Below, in pieces: positions 16,787 to 25,853 of a stretch of 53,561 bases of DNA; positions within the stretch are counted from its first letter, which is position 1, and the number at the start of each line of letters is the position of its first letter. The notes beneath the pieces were generated by a model. That model saw nothing but the letters and a program-made list of their open reading frames with translations. It searched no databases and had not been told where the DNA came from. A program made the translations under genes and the position numbers. Source of the stretch: Candidatus Asbonarchaeum danakilense (GTDB taxonomy: Archaea > Nanohalarchaeota > Nanosalinia > Nanosalinales > Nanoanaerosalinaceae); assembly GCA_034190465.1 (NCBI GenBank), contig JAXINV010000003.1, positions 46,047 to 99,607 of the forward strand, given 5' to 3'.

Positions 16787-17562
16787 TGGGACACTTCCTC
16801 CACCTCATCGCCGACTACGGCAACGGCGACCCCGCGTTCAGCGAGGTCATCCACCGGCTCACCCGCCACGACCCCGATATCACCGTCCAGCCGACATCCG
16901 TCAATCCATTTTCCTCCCTCGCCACCGGCTTCTGGATCGCCCAGTACGGCCTCCACAACCCCGCGTTCGACGACATGGGGATCTACGCCAACACCGCGCC
17001 CCGGCGCTCCGAGGGCCCGCAGCCGGACAACCGGGGCGAAGAACTGGTCTACGCAGAACTCGACAGCGGCATCCCCGTCATCGCCGTCGACTCCGGCTAC
17101 ACCTTCTCATTCGTCAAAGATCACCTCTCCACGTTCCGTGAGGTCAACGTCGCCGACAGCGGCTCACAGTTCCGGTCCAGGGACTTCTTCCCCGAAGCCG
17201 TCATCGGACTACTCAACGGTGAAAGCAGCTGGCTCGGCAGCGAACGAGATCAGGGCGACCTCCCAGAGCCACCGGAACGCCGGATCGCCCATATCGACGG
17301 CTACGGGAATATCAAGACCACAGTACGGCAGTCAGGAACAGACTTGGAACCAGGAGATAGGGTCAAGATCTCTCTCAACGGGGTAGAGCGACAGGCGCAG
17401 TACCAGAAAAACGCCTTCGAGGTCGAACAGGGCACGCTTGCGCTGGCGCCCGGCTCCGCGGGCGGCGACGACCCGTTCCTCGAACTGGTTCTCAGAGGGG
17501 ACAGCGCCGCCGACACGTTCAACGAGGCCAGTGTCAGTGACACCCTCCGCTTCAACACATAA
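16780..17562 (+). CDS. SAM hydroxide adenosyltransferase family protein (DUF62, chlorinase/fluorinase-like)
   Basis: LIADYGNGDPAFSEV at the N-terminus and IAHIDGYGNIKTTV in the C-terminal domain. 7-nt overlap with the upstream gene. Confidence 0.7.
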   Translation: MLMGHFLHLIADYGNGDPAFSEVIHRLTRHDPDITVQPTSVNPFSSLATGFWIAQYGLHNPAFDDMGIYANTAPRRSEGPQPDNRGEELVYAELDSGIPVIAVDSGYTFSFVKDHLSTFREVNVADSGSQFRSRDFFPEAVIGLLNGESSWLGSERDQGDLPEPPERRIAHIDGYGNIKTTVRQSGTDLEPGDRVKISLNGVERQAQYQKNAFEVEQGTLALAPGSAGGDDPFLELVLRGDSAADTFNEASVSDTLRFNT

Positions 17563-17587
17563 AAAGCTGCGAAGGCACTGATACACC

Positions 17588-18271
17588 ATGGACTCCGACG
17601 ACGCGATAAAGGTCGAATACAAGGGCGACAAGGACTTCGAGATCCTCGTCAAGCCCGATGAAGCACTCGCCTATAAGGACGGCGAGATCGACGACTTCGA
17701 AAAAGTCATCTTCGTCCGCGAGATATTCACCGATGCACGTGCGGCAGAGAAAGCATCAGCAGCCGATATCGAGGACGAGTTCGGCACCAAGAACGTCCTC
17801 GAGGCCGCCGAAAAGCTGTTCGACAACGGCAGCATGGAACTGACCACCGACCAGCGGAACGAGCTGCGGGAACAGACCTGGAACCAGGTTGTCAACATCA
17901 TCGCACGTCGGGCCATGAACCCGCAGAACAACACACCGCATCCGCCGCAGCGGATCGAGAACGCCATGGAAGAAGCCGGCGTCCAGGTTGAGCCGATGGA
18001 GTCCGCCGAGAGCCAAGTCGGGGACATCGTCGACAAAATCCGGCCCAAGCTCCCCATCACTATGGAAGAGAAAGAACTGGCCATCAAGATCCCCAATGAA
18101 TACGCCGGCAAATGCTACGGCAAGCTCAAGGACATGACACAGGTCCTCGAAGAGGAATGGGGTGACGACGGCCTCATGGCCCGTGTCAAGCTCCCCGCCG
18201 GGGCCAAGTCCGAGCTCGAGTCCGCGCTCAACAGCGTCTGTCACGGCGACCTCGAGATCCGGGACCTCTGA
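17588..18271 (+). CDS. SBDS-family ribosome maturation protein
   Basis: FEILVKPDEALAYKDGE, IARRAMNPQNNTPHPPQRIENAM, and the three-domain length (227 aa). Confidence 0.85.
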   Translation: MDSDDAIKVEYKGDKDFEILVKPDEALAYKDGEIDDFEKVIFVREIFTDARAAEKASAADIEDEFGTKNVLEAAEKLFDNGSMELTTDQRNELREQTWNQVVNIIARRAMNPQNNTPHPPQRIENAMEEAGVQVEPMESAESQVGDIVDKIRPKLPITMEEKELAIKIPNEYAGKCYGKLKDMTQVLEEEWGDDGLMARVKLPAGAKSELESALNSVCHGDLEIRDL

Positions 18272-18336
18272 AACCCGGCCGCACACCGCCGTCACGTGTT
18301 TAAGCTTTGCTCACCAACACTGCCGCGGGAGCAACG

Positions 18337-18546
18337 ATGGCAGCCATCAGGGAATGCAACGGGTGCGGCAAGAAGACCGATTTCTGGACAGAGATAGTCG
18401 GTAAAACAGCAGAGAGCGACCAGATGCAGAAGAAATGGCGCATCATCCTCTGCCAGCGGTGCGCCGAGCGCGAGACCGTAGAGAGCGCCATGGAACACGC
18501 CGACGAGCACGTCACCCAGCACTGCCAGAACGAGGGCAAAGCCTAA
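18337..18546 (+). CDS. small zinc-ribbon protein (69 aa)
   Basis: CNGC...CQRC pairs. TTTAAG (18299-18304) lies 33-38 nt upstream of ATG 18337. The track start at 18307 is TTG. Confidence 0.55.
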   Translation: MAAIRECNGCGKKTDFWTEIVGKTAESDQMQKKWRIILCQRCAERETVESAMEHADEHVTQHCQNEGKA

Positions 18547-18574
18547 TAACACTGGAGCCCGCCCATGTGACCCG

Positions 18575-19834
18575 ATGGCGGAAAAGCACAAATACGTCCA
18601 CCTCGCCAGAGACATCCGGCAGAGCCCGCCCGAAGAGGCCGCCGAAAAGCTCAAGGCTGTCGACCGGGAGACAAGCATCAACGCCCTCCGCGAAGTCGAC
18701 ACCCGGCAGGTCGCGGACATCTTCGAGGAACTTAGTGTCGAGACAAGCGCCGACTACCTCCTCGAACTCCCTCCCGACGACGCAGCCGACATCATCGGCG
18801 CGCTCAGCCACCGGTTCCGCATCCGGCTGCTCAACAGAATCGACAAGGACGAGGCCGAGGACATCATCGAGCTACTTCAGTACCCGCCAGACACCGCCGG
18901 CGGCCTCATGACAACCGACTTCATCTCGTTCTCCCCCGACACCACAGTCAAGGAAGCGCGGGACCACCTCCAAGAGAACTACGCCGACGCGGAGACCGTC
19001 TACTACGCATACGTTCGGGAAGACGAACAGCTGGTCGGCACCGTCTCACTCAAAGAACTCACCCTCGCCAGCTCCAGCAGCGAGCTGCGCGACATCATGA
19101 CGACAGACCTCGAGACACTTGAGACAGACGTCGACAGCGAAGAAGTCATCCGTATCTTCGACCGACACCACTACCAGGCCATGCCCGTCGTCGAGGACAG
19201 CGAGATGCGGGGCATCATCACGTTCGACGACGTCATCGACGTCATGCGGGAGGAGGCCACCGAAGACGTCCAGAAATTGGCAGGCGGGTCCGGCCACGAA
19301 CAGGTCTTCTCCAAGTGGACGTACAAGGTCCGGAAACGCGTCCCCTGGCTCTACTTCAACCTCATCGCCGCGTTCCTCGCCGCAGGGGTCGTCGCACTGT
19401 TCGAAGGCACCATCGCACAGGTCGCCATCCTCGCCGCCTTCCTCCCCATCCTCAACAACCAGGCCGGTAACACCGGGATGCAGGCACTCAGCGTCACGAT
19501 CCGCGGCCAGGCCACAGGCGAGATGGAGTACAGCCGGATCCTCACCGCCGTCGGCAAGGAACTCGTCACAGGCATCGTCAACGGCGTCCTCGTCGGTGGC
19601 GCGATCGGCGCCATCACCTACTTCTGGCAGGGCAGCCTGCTGCTCGGCGGGGTTGTCGCAGGCGCCATGATCCTCACCATCATCGTCGCGACCATGGCAG
19701 GACTTCTCGTCCCCGTCCTCCTCGAGAAGACAGGCAACGACCCGGCGATGGCCTCCAGCATCTTCGTCACAGCCGTCTCCGACATCTCAGGCATCTTCTT
19801 CCTCCTGATCCTGGCACAGATGTATCTCGTCTAG
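18575..19834 (+). CDS. mgtE: magnesium transporter MgtE
   Basis: MgtE N-domain, a CBS pair (MTTDF..., PVVEDSEMRGIITFDDVIDV), and a TM domain with NNQAGNTGMQ. Confidence 0.85.
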   Translation: MAEKHKYVHLARDIRQSPPEEAAEKLKAVDRETSINALREVDTRQVADIFEELSVETSADYLLELPPDDAADIIGALSHRFRIRLLNRIDKDEAEDIIELLQYPPDTAGGLMTTDFISFSPDTTVKEARDHLQENYADAETVYYAYVREDEQLVGTVSLKELTLASSSSELRDIMTTDLETLETDVDSEEVIRIFDRHHYQAMPVVEDSEMRGIITFDDVIDVMREEATEDVQKLAGGSGHEQVFSKWTYKVRKRVPWLYFNLIAAFLAAGVVALFEGTIAQVAILAAFLPILNNQAGNTGMQALSVTIRGQATGEMEYSRILTAVGKELVTGIVNGVLVGGAIGAITYFWQGSLLLGGVVAGAMILTIIVATMAGLLVPVLLEKTGNDPAMASSIFVTAVSDISGIFFLLILAQMYLV

Positions 19835-20139
19835 GAGCCGTCTTGGAAGGCGTCCTGAAGCTCATCCAGCGCTGCATCGATCGAAGAATCCTCATCAAGC
19901 GCCTGACGGACCTCATCGATACTTTCACGGACACTTGATGACTCCTGGTCTCTGGTCCTGTCTGCGAGCACCTTGAGATCGTTCACATGTTCGTCGAGCT
20001 CTGTGTGAAGCCTGGCAACTGCCTCCTGAACCCGCCGAGCCCTGGCCAGGTGTTCCTCGATCAGTTCATGCGCCCGGTCTTCATCGTCCTCCTCCAACTC
20101 CTCCAGCGCCGTCAACAGATCTTTGCGCAGTACATCCAT
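19831..20139 (-). CDS. acidic coiled-coil protein (102 aa)
   Basis: All-helical, heptad-like, Asp/Glu-rich. Shares CTAG stops with mgtE. Confidence 0.5.
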   Translation of the reverse strand: MDVLRKDLLTALEELEEDDEDRAHELIEEHLARARRVQEAVARLHTELDEHVNDLKVLADRTRDQESSSVRESIDEVRQALDEDSSIDAALDELQDAFQDGS

Positions 20140-20201
20140 CCTGTATCACAGATAGAGATGCGGTAGCCACGGATAAAAACCTCCACCTCCCCGCCATCCC
20201 C

Positions 20202-20471
20202 ATGGACGTCCACGTCGACCTGGCCAAGCGGAACCTCCGTATCGGAACCGTGCACCGTCAGCTCTCCGACATCAATATCCAGCAGCTGCGCCAGCTCTGT
20301 GACAGCGGCTTCGACGACAGAGCGGCAGAAAAGGCAATCCATGACGTCATCAACGACCAGATAACGCCGTTCCTCCGCGATGCAGGCATCGAGCCCTCCC
20401 AGGAGGCGATCGAGCGCGAGGTCAACGAGGCGTTCGATACGCACCTCTACGTCTACGTGGACCCCGACTAG
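20202..20471 (+). CDS. hypothetical acidic protein (89 aa)
   Basis: GATAAAAA (20172-20179) lies 23-30 nt upstream of the ATG. Preferred over the opposite-strand ORF 20112-20495 on composition. Confidence 0.45.
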   Translation: MDVHVDLAKRNLRIGTVHRQLSDINIQQLRQLCDSGFDDRAAEKAIHDVINDQITPFLRDAGIEPSQEAIEREVNEAFDTHLYVYVDPD

Positions 20472-20536
20472 CCGGTAGCGGAAGCAGCGGAACATCCACC
20501 CGCCCGCTTATATGGGCTCGAGCGTCAATTCCCCCC

Positions 20537-21145
20537 GTGACCCTCCGAACCGGCATCCCCTGGCTCGATAGAGACCTTACCGGCATCGAAACATGCTACC
20601 TCTACACCCCTCATACAGAGATCCGGCAAGCTCTCCTGCAGCGCGCCGTCACAACCGCCATGCGCGACGGACCGACCCTCCTCCTCAGCCCCGTCAACCA
20701 GAAGACCGGCTACTACAGCTTTGAACCAGACCGTCTCTTCCCCCACATCAAGCAGAAAGCAGGCACGTCCAGAGAGAACCTCACCATCCAGCGGGTCGAC
20801 AGCCAGAAAGCAGTTACTGAAGGCTACTGGGCGGGCCTGGAGCACCACGACACCATCCTCGTCGACCGGCTGACCAACCTGCGTGCCGGCAAGCTGGGTG
20901 AGAGAGCACTCGAACGTGCAGCCGATGGTATCGACCGCAGCAAAGCCTCCTTCCTCCTCATCGACACCGATCCACCGTTCAGAGCCCTTTCAGATGCGAT
21001 ACAGACCGTGGAACGTCTCAGCTGGGACAGCTCAGGGCCCGTCAAGGAACGGATGCAGCATCCGGACCAGCCCCCACTCCGCGAACGCATCCGTCTCGAC
21101 GGACAGAAAACACTGCACCAGTTCGCAGAAGCAGCCCTCCTCTAG
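20537..21145 (+). CDS. RecA/KaiC-like fold protein lacking a Walker A motif
   Basis: LRTGIPWLDRDLTGI resembles the KaiC/RadB N-terminus (TGIPGLDxLLGGG) but is followed by CYLYTPHTEIRQ instead of GxxGxGKT. ILVDRL is Walker-B-like. GTG start, with CTTATATG 23-30 nt upstream. Confidence 0.4.
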   Translation: MTLRTGIPWLDRDLTGIETCYLYTPHTEIRQALLQRAVTTAMRDGPTLLLSPVNQKTGYYSFEPDRLFPHIKQKAGTSRENLTIQRVDSQKAVTEGYWAGLEHHDTILVDRLTNLRAGKLGERALERAADGIDRSKASFLLIDTDPPFRALSDAIQTVERLSWDSSGPVKERMQHPDQPPLRERIRLDGQKTLHQFAEAALL

Positions 21146-23352
21146 CCATACTTCTCCTGCATCGCCAGCACATATCCTGCCTGCGCCCATCCCAGCGGCG
21201 CACCGAAGTAGTGCTTCCCCTCCTCCGTCGCCATCTCAGCCAGATTACCCGAAGCCGTCTGTTCATCCGCCAGGCGGTCCACCACATAGTCGCCGCGTTC
21301 CTCCTCCCCTTCATGGTAGAAAGCCGCCGCTAGCATCATATCGCCCGGCACCCAGTGCCCCCCTTCCAGGTCAAAGTCCTCCCAGTACGCGTCCACCATC
21401 GTGTCGCTCACCCCATAGTCCTCCGCCCACCCCGTCGGCCAGACAGCCGTTCCAAATATCGACGTTCGGGCCTCATGTGCACCAAAAGCCCCGAGAACAG
21501 TATCAAAGTCTCCTTCACCCGAAACAAATTCCTCATAGGTCGCATCACCCACCTGCTCCGCCAGCCGTTCATAGTCCTTCTTCTTCCCGAGTTCCCTCGC
21601 CAGATAATCGCCTTGACGGAACGCATCATAGGTATGGACCGCGGTGAAGATACTCTGCCTGATATCCGTTGGCATCTCCGCAAAGTCAGGTGTCGCAGCC
21701 GGGAGACCGTTATCGACCAATGATCCTTCCATATACTCCAGCGCATCTTCGACAGCAGGCCAGACCCGCTCCAGGAACTCATCACTACCGCCCGCACGGT
21801 ACGTCGCCGCGACCGACTCAACGAAGATCGCCGGCTGATCGTTCTCGATCTCCACGATCCCCGCAAAATCACCGGTCGCATCGTAGCACTGTTTGAAGCC
21901 ACCATCGCCCTCCTGAACCGCAGGCAAGTACTCACCCAGGAACGCCTCCGCTATCTCCTCCTTCCCCGCCCGTGCCATCGCCATGCTTATGAACGAAGAA
22001 TCCCTGATCCACGACGGATAGTACATCGGCTGGAGATTCGGCGCAGCAGGGATGCTCCCTGTCTCCGGATCGTGCATCATCCCCAGCGTGCCGACCGCGC
22101 GACGGTACCGTCGCTGCGCCTGTTCACTCATCCCGTCGCGGCCAATACCTTCAAGCCAGTCATCCCAGTACTTTTCAACCTCCTCCTGGCGGTCCTCAGT
22201 ACTCATAGCCCTCAGATCATCTGGAACAGCAGCCTCCTCACCGCCCTGCACAAAAACAGAAAATTCAGCCTCCTCCCCCGGCTCCAGCTCCATGTCAAAG
22301 CTGAGCGTGCCCCCCAGGTAGCGGCCCTCGAACTCATCAGCATCCAGCACGACCGACACATCCTCCACCACCTCGCCGACGATCTCCTCGTACAGCTCAT
22401 CCCCCGGGACCAGCGCCTCGGCCAGCGGGTCGTCGGCAACCTGATCAGCGAGCTCGATCGCCGGCACCACCACCTCCGTTTCGTCCGCCGGGCGATCACC
22501 CGCGATCGCAAGCTCATACTGACCTTCCAGATCCTCCCAATGCAGTTCGTCGTCCGCCTCGATCCGGTTCCGGCTTGACTCCCAGACGACAAAGTTCTGC
22601 TGTGCGTCATTCACGTTCGCCCGGGTATAGTACAGGAACTCGCCGTCGACCGGCTCATCCGACCGGTTCCGGACCGTGAAATCCCTGACAAGCGTCTCCT
22701 CATCCGGCATCACGTAGGACGCCTCCTCAACATCCACATCGTCGCCCAGATGGTCGAACTCCATGATCCCCGTCCCCTGCCGGTACCGCATATCATGCCG
22801 GAACGGCTCCTCCCAGAGCCACTGCCGGCCCTCACCGAGATCGACACCTGCGAACCCTCCCTCCATCTCCTTCGCCCCTTGGAGCGGGCCGTCACCATGG
22901 GTGTAGTATGGGATATGGGTCGTAAAGCCGGTGTACGGGAAGAAAAGAGAGCACATCCTGCCCTCAGGGGTAAAGGCAGCACCGATACCGTCGTCCGGCG
23001 TCGAGACAAAACCCTCCGAGGCGCTGTACTTCTGGAACTCGTTCATCGTCCCGCCGTCCAGCACCCCCTGGACGAACACACTCACCTTCTCCCAGAACTG
23101 TTCCTCGTTGTACTCCCAGTCCAGCTCGTTCGACCCCTGTAGCACATCGACCCCGTTCGGCAGCATCTTCAGATTACGCCAGTCCACACGGGAGAGGAAC
23201 TCCAGGCTGTAGCTCATGTCACCCATACTCGTCAGCTCCCAGCCCGGGTCCTCCCAACCACCCTCAGTCAGGTCATCGACAGCAGCCGCCGCAGAAACCG
23301 CCCCGAGCGTCTTCACAAAATCCCGCCGTGTCACGCCATCGCTCCCCATCAT
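21142..23352 (-). CDS. GH15 glucoamylase/glucodextranase with twin-arginine signal peptide
   Basis: MMGSDGVTRRDFVKTLGAVSAAAA is a Tat motif. ...YYPSWIRDSSFISMAM... and the C-terminal WAQAGYV are typical of archaeal-type GH15. Confidence 0.85.
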   Translation of the reverse strand: MMGSDGVTRRDFVKTLGAVSAAAAVDDLTEGGWEDPGWELTSMGDMSYSLEFLSRVDWRNLKMLPNGVDVLQGSNELDWEYNEEQFWEKVSVFVQGVLDGGTMNEFQKYSASEGFVSTPDDGIGAAFTPEGRMCSLFFPYTGFTTHIPYYTHGDGPLQGAKEMEGGFAGVDLGEGRQWLWEEPFRHDMRYRQGTGIMEFDHLGDDVDVEEASYVMPDEETLVRDFTVRNRSDEPVDGEFLYYTRANVNDAQQNFVVWESSRNRIEADDELHWEDLEGQYELAIAGDRPADETEVVVPAIELADQVADDPLAEALVPGDELYEEIVGEVVEDVSVVLDADEFEGRYLGGTLSFDMELEPGEEAEFSVFVQGGEEAAVPDDLRAMSTEDRQEEVEKYWDDWLEGIGRDGMSEQAQRRYRRAVGTLGMMHDPETGSIPAAPNLQPMYYPSWIRDSSFISMAMARAGKEEIAEAFLGEYLPAVQEGDGGFKQCYDATGDFAGIVEIENDQPAIFVESVAATYRAGGSDEFLERVWPAVEDALEYMEGSLVDNGLPAATPDFAEMPTDIRQSIFTAVHTYDAFRQGDYLARELGKKKDYERLAEQVGDATYEEFVSGEGDFDTVLGAFGAHEARTSIFGTAVWPTGWAEDYGVSDTMVDAYWEDFDLEGGHWVPGDMMLAAAFYHEGEEERGDYVVDRLADEQTASGNLAEMATEEGKHYFGAPLGWAQAGYVLAMQEKYG

Positions 23353-23463
23353 CCATTCACCATACCATCAGCCCTACTCCGTCAGCATCGGTCATCCAGG
23401 TCAAACGTGTGGATGGAGCTATAAGAAGCTGTAGGCAAGGGACCCCGGACGCATCACCGCTTC

Positions 23464-24180
23464 TTACTCCTCGATGTAGAGACGGGCATTTTGACCTGTC
23501 GAATCGAGACCGGTTTCGTAAGGCTTATCCAGACGCTCAAGCGTCTTCTTCACCTCGACAGCAATATGGTCCCCCCGGACCTGGCCGATGTGTTGCTGCT
23601 TGAAACGACGATCTATCTCAAGCTCGCCCTCCTCCTCCAGCAGATCGATCACATCGCTGAAGACCTCCGCCTTCGTCTCCCAGCCTCCAGAAACGTCGAT
23701 ACCCGACGCATCACCTCCCTCAGGGGCGTCCCACTCCAGCACCGCACTGTACATATCGCCGAGGAGCGTCGGATAGATGCTTTCAACATCCTCCTCCGAC
23801 ATGTATCCCCCAGTGTCCGGGTCAATCGCCTGTCTGACCCCAAAACTATCCTTCTCAGAATCACAGTAGGCCCACTGGCAGCCCTCCTCCGTCGCCACCA
23901 GCATGTCGCTCTCCGTCGCACCCATGACCCAGTACTCCTTCACCTCACCGTCATCCGTTCGGACCGACATGATACCTGTCTCCGGATCGGCCCGGTACTC
24001 CTCGACGTTCTCCGTCTCATAGCCCTCGAACGTCTCATACGCCACATCCCCGGCCTCCTCCTTCGCACGTTCAAGAGGATCAGTGATACCTCCCTCATAG
24101 AGAAGTGCCGTGAGCTGGCCGATATCATCAACCCCGTCCGCAAGTACCGAACTCCGGTAGGCCAGATCGCCCCCAGTCAT
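23464..24180 (-). CDS. hypothetical acidic protein (238 aa)
   Basis: Long acidic ORF with an AT-rich promoter (24196-24215) directly upstream. No motif recognised. Confidence 0.55.
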   Translation of the reverse strand: MTGGDLAYRSSVLADGVDDIGQLTALLYEGGITDPLERAKEEAGDVAYETFEGYETENVEEYRADPETGIMSVRTDDGEVKEYWVMGATESDMLVATEEGCQWAYCDSEKDSFGVRQAIDPDTGGYMSEEDVESIYPTLLGDMYSAVLEWDAPEGGDASGIDVSGGWETKAEVFSDVIDLLEEEGELEIDRRFKQQHIGQVRGDHIAVEVKKTLERLDKPYETGLDSTGQNARLYIEE

Positions 24181-24301
24181 GTTGTTACTATAGTGTAAAT
24201 TTATTTATAAATATTGTGGTTCTGGTCGGCGTGGGCAGTACATACAGCACAGCAGTTAACACACGTCAACCTAGCGGCAGGATGGTTTAACACCGCCTTC
24301 C

Positions 24302-25126
24302 TCAGCCGTTCCACGGCGCGAACCCGGGATCGACCATCTTCGGACGCTGCTCGATGCTCCCTATCCGGTCCAGCTCGTCGGCGGTCAGCTCGAGCTTCTG
24401 CGACCTGAGGTTCTCCCGCTGCAGGTCCTGCGGCTCCGCCTTCGGGATCGCGACCACGTTCTCCTGCTGTGTTAGCCAGCGGAGCGCCACCTGGGCCGCT
24501 GTCGCGTCATGCGCCTCACCGATCTCCTGCAGCACCGGATCATCCGTCACCCGCCCCCTGGCCAGCGGCGCGTACGCCGTCAACGCCAGGTCATGCTCCA
24601 CGCAGTAGTCGTGCATATCGCGCTGCTGGAAGAACGGGTGCATCTCCACCTGGTTGACCCGCACATCGTCCGCATGACTTCGGGCCTCGTCCAGCAGCGG
24701 CTCCGTGAAGTTGCTGACACCGATGTGGCGGACCCAGTCAGATCGCTTCAGCTCGTGCATCGCATCCAGCGTCTCCTCGATCGGCACAGCAGGGTTCGGC
24801 CAGTGCACCAGCAGCAGGTCGACATAGTCCGTCCCGAGCCTGTCCAGGCAGGCTTCTGCCGTCTCGATCACGTCGTCGTGGCGCAGGCGGTCGTGCCACA
24901 CCTTCGTCGTCAGGAAGACCTCCTCCCGGTCGACCGCCGCCTCCGTGACGCCCCGACCGACGGCTTCCTCATTGCCGTACATCTGGGCCGTGTCGACGTG
25001 CCTGTAGCCCATCTCCAGCGCGTTTGCTACCGCTTCAGCGCATGCCCGGCCCTCCATCCGCCACGTCCCAAGACCGAGCGCCGGGATCTCCAGCTCACCG
25101 ACCCGTTTCACAGGTGCCTGTTGCAT
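24302..25126 (-). CDS. aldo/keto reductase (2,5-diketo-D-gluconate reductase-like)
   Basis: GYRHVDTAQMYGNE, LTTKVW, LLVHWP and IPKA match the AKR catalytic tetrad context. Confidence 0.85.
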   Translation of the reverse strand: MQQAPVKRVGELEIPALGLGTWRMEGRACAEAVANALEMGYRHVDTAQMYGNEEAVGRGVTEAAVDREEVFLTTKVWHDRLRHDDVIETAEACLDRLGTDYVDLLLVHWPNPAVPIEETLDAMHELKRSDWVRHIGVSNFTEPLLDEARSHADDVRVNQVEMHPFFQQRDMHDYCVEHDLALTAYAPLARGRVTDDPVLQEIGEAHDATAAQVALRWLTQQENVVAIPKAEPQDLQRENLRSQKLELTADELDRIGSIEQRPKMVDPGFAPWNG

Positions 25127-25215
25127 GGTGCAAAAAGTGGCGCGCAGCTATTTCAAGCCAGCGGCGTTACTACCTCAAAGTAACATTTATAAAGTAAGGG
25201 TGCGCAGTACGGACC

Positions 25216-25815
25216 ATGGGTCTCGACTACGACATCATCGACCACGACGACCGCCATACCGCAGGGGCACGGTTCTCCCTGGACGGCGGCGAGGCAGGGC
25301 TGCACGCCACGATGAGCGACGACTACCCGCCCAGCTCATCCGGCCGGGCACGTCTCTCCCTCAGCTACGGCGACACCACGTTCGAGGCCTACGCACGTGA
25401 GGGCGAGACACCGCATCTGAGAGTCAAGGACGACAGCTGGGGCGACACCGTCGACGGCTACAGCGGCGAACCCATCAGCGACGAGGCCATCGAGGACTGG
25501 AACGACGCGGCTGAGGCCGTCGAGTTCGCAACAGGCGACGTCAACGTCCACGCCGGCACCGAAGTCTTCTACAGCGGAGGCATCGACTGGAAGGAGGAAC
25601 GCGCCTCAGAGGACAGGATCCAGGACGGCATCGACTACGACGTCGACCTGCACAGCAACACCTCCCGGGTCGAGGGGAGAGGAGAACTTGACGAGTTCGA
25701 ACAGATCATCGCCACCTACAAGCCCGAACTGGCGCCGGTCGTCGAGCACGGAGCGATCGAGATAGCCTGGGAGCAGACCATCGACGCCTACGAGGACGAA
25801 GAATTCCTGTTCTGA
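25216..25815 (+). CDS. hypothetical acidic protein (199 aa)
   Basis: TTTATAAA (25186-25193) lies 23-30 nt upstream of the ATG. No motif recognised. Confidence 0.55.
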   Translation: MGLDYDIIDHDDRHTAGARFSLDGGEAGLHATMSDDYPPSSSGRARLSLSYGDTTFEAYAREGETPHLRVKDDSWGDTVDGYSGEPISDEAIEDWNDAAEAVEFATGDVNVHAGTEVFYSGGIDWKEERASEDRIQDGIDYDVDLHSNTSRVEGRGELDEFEQIIATYKPELAPVVEHGAIEIAWEQTIDAYEDEEFLF

Positions 25816-25853
25816 CCGTCACGGATAAAACAGTCCGCCGCGAGGTAGCACAC

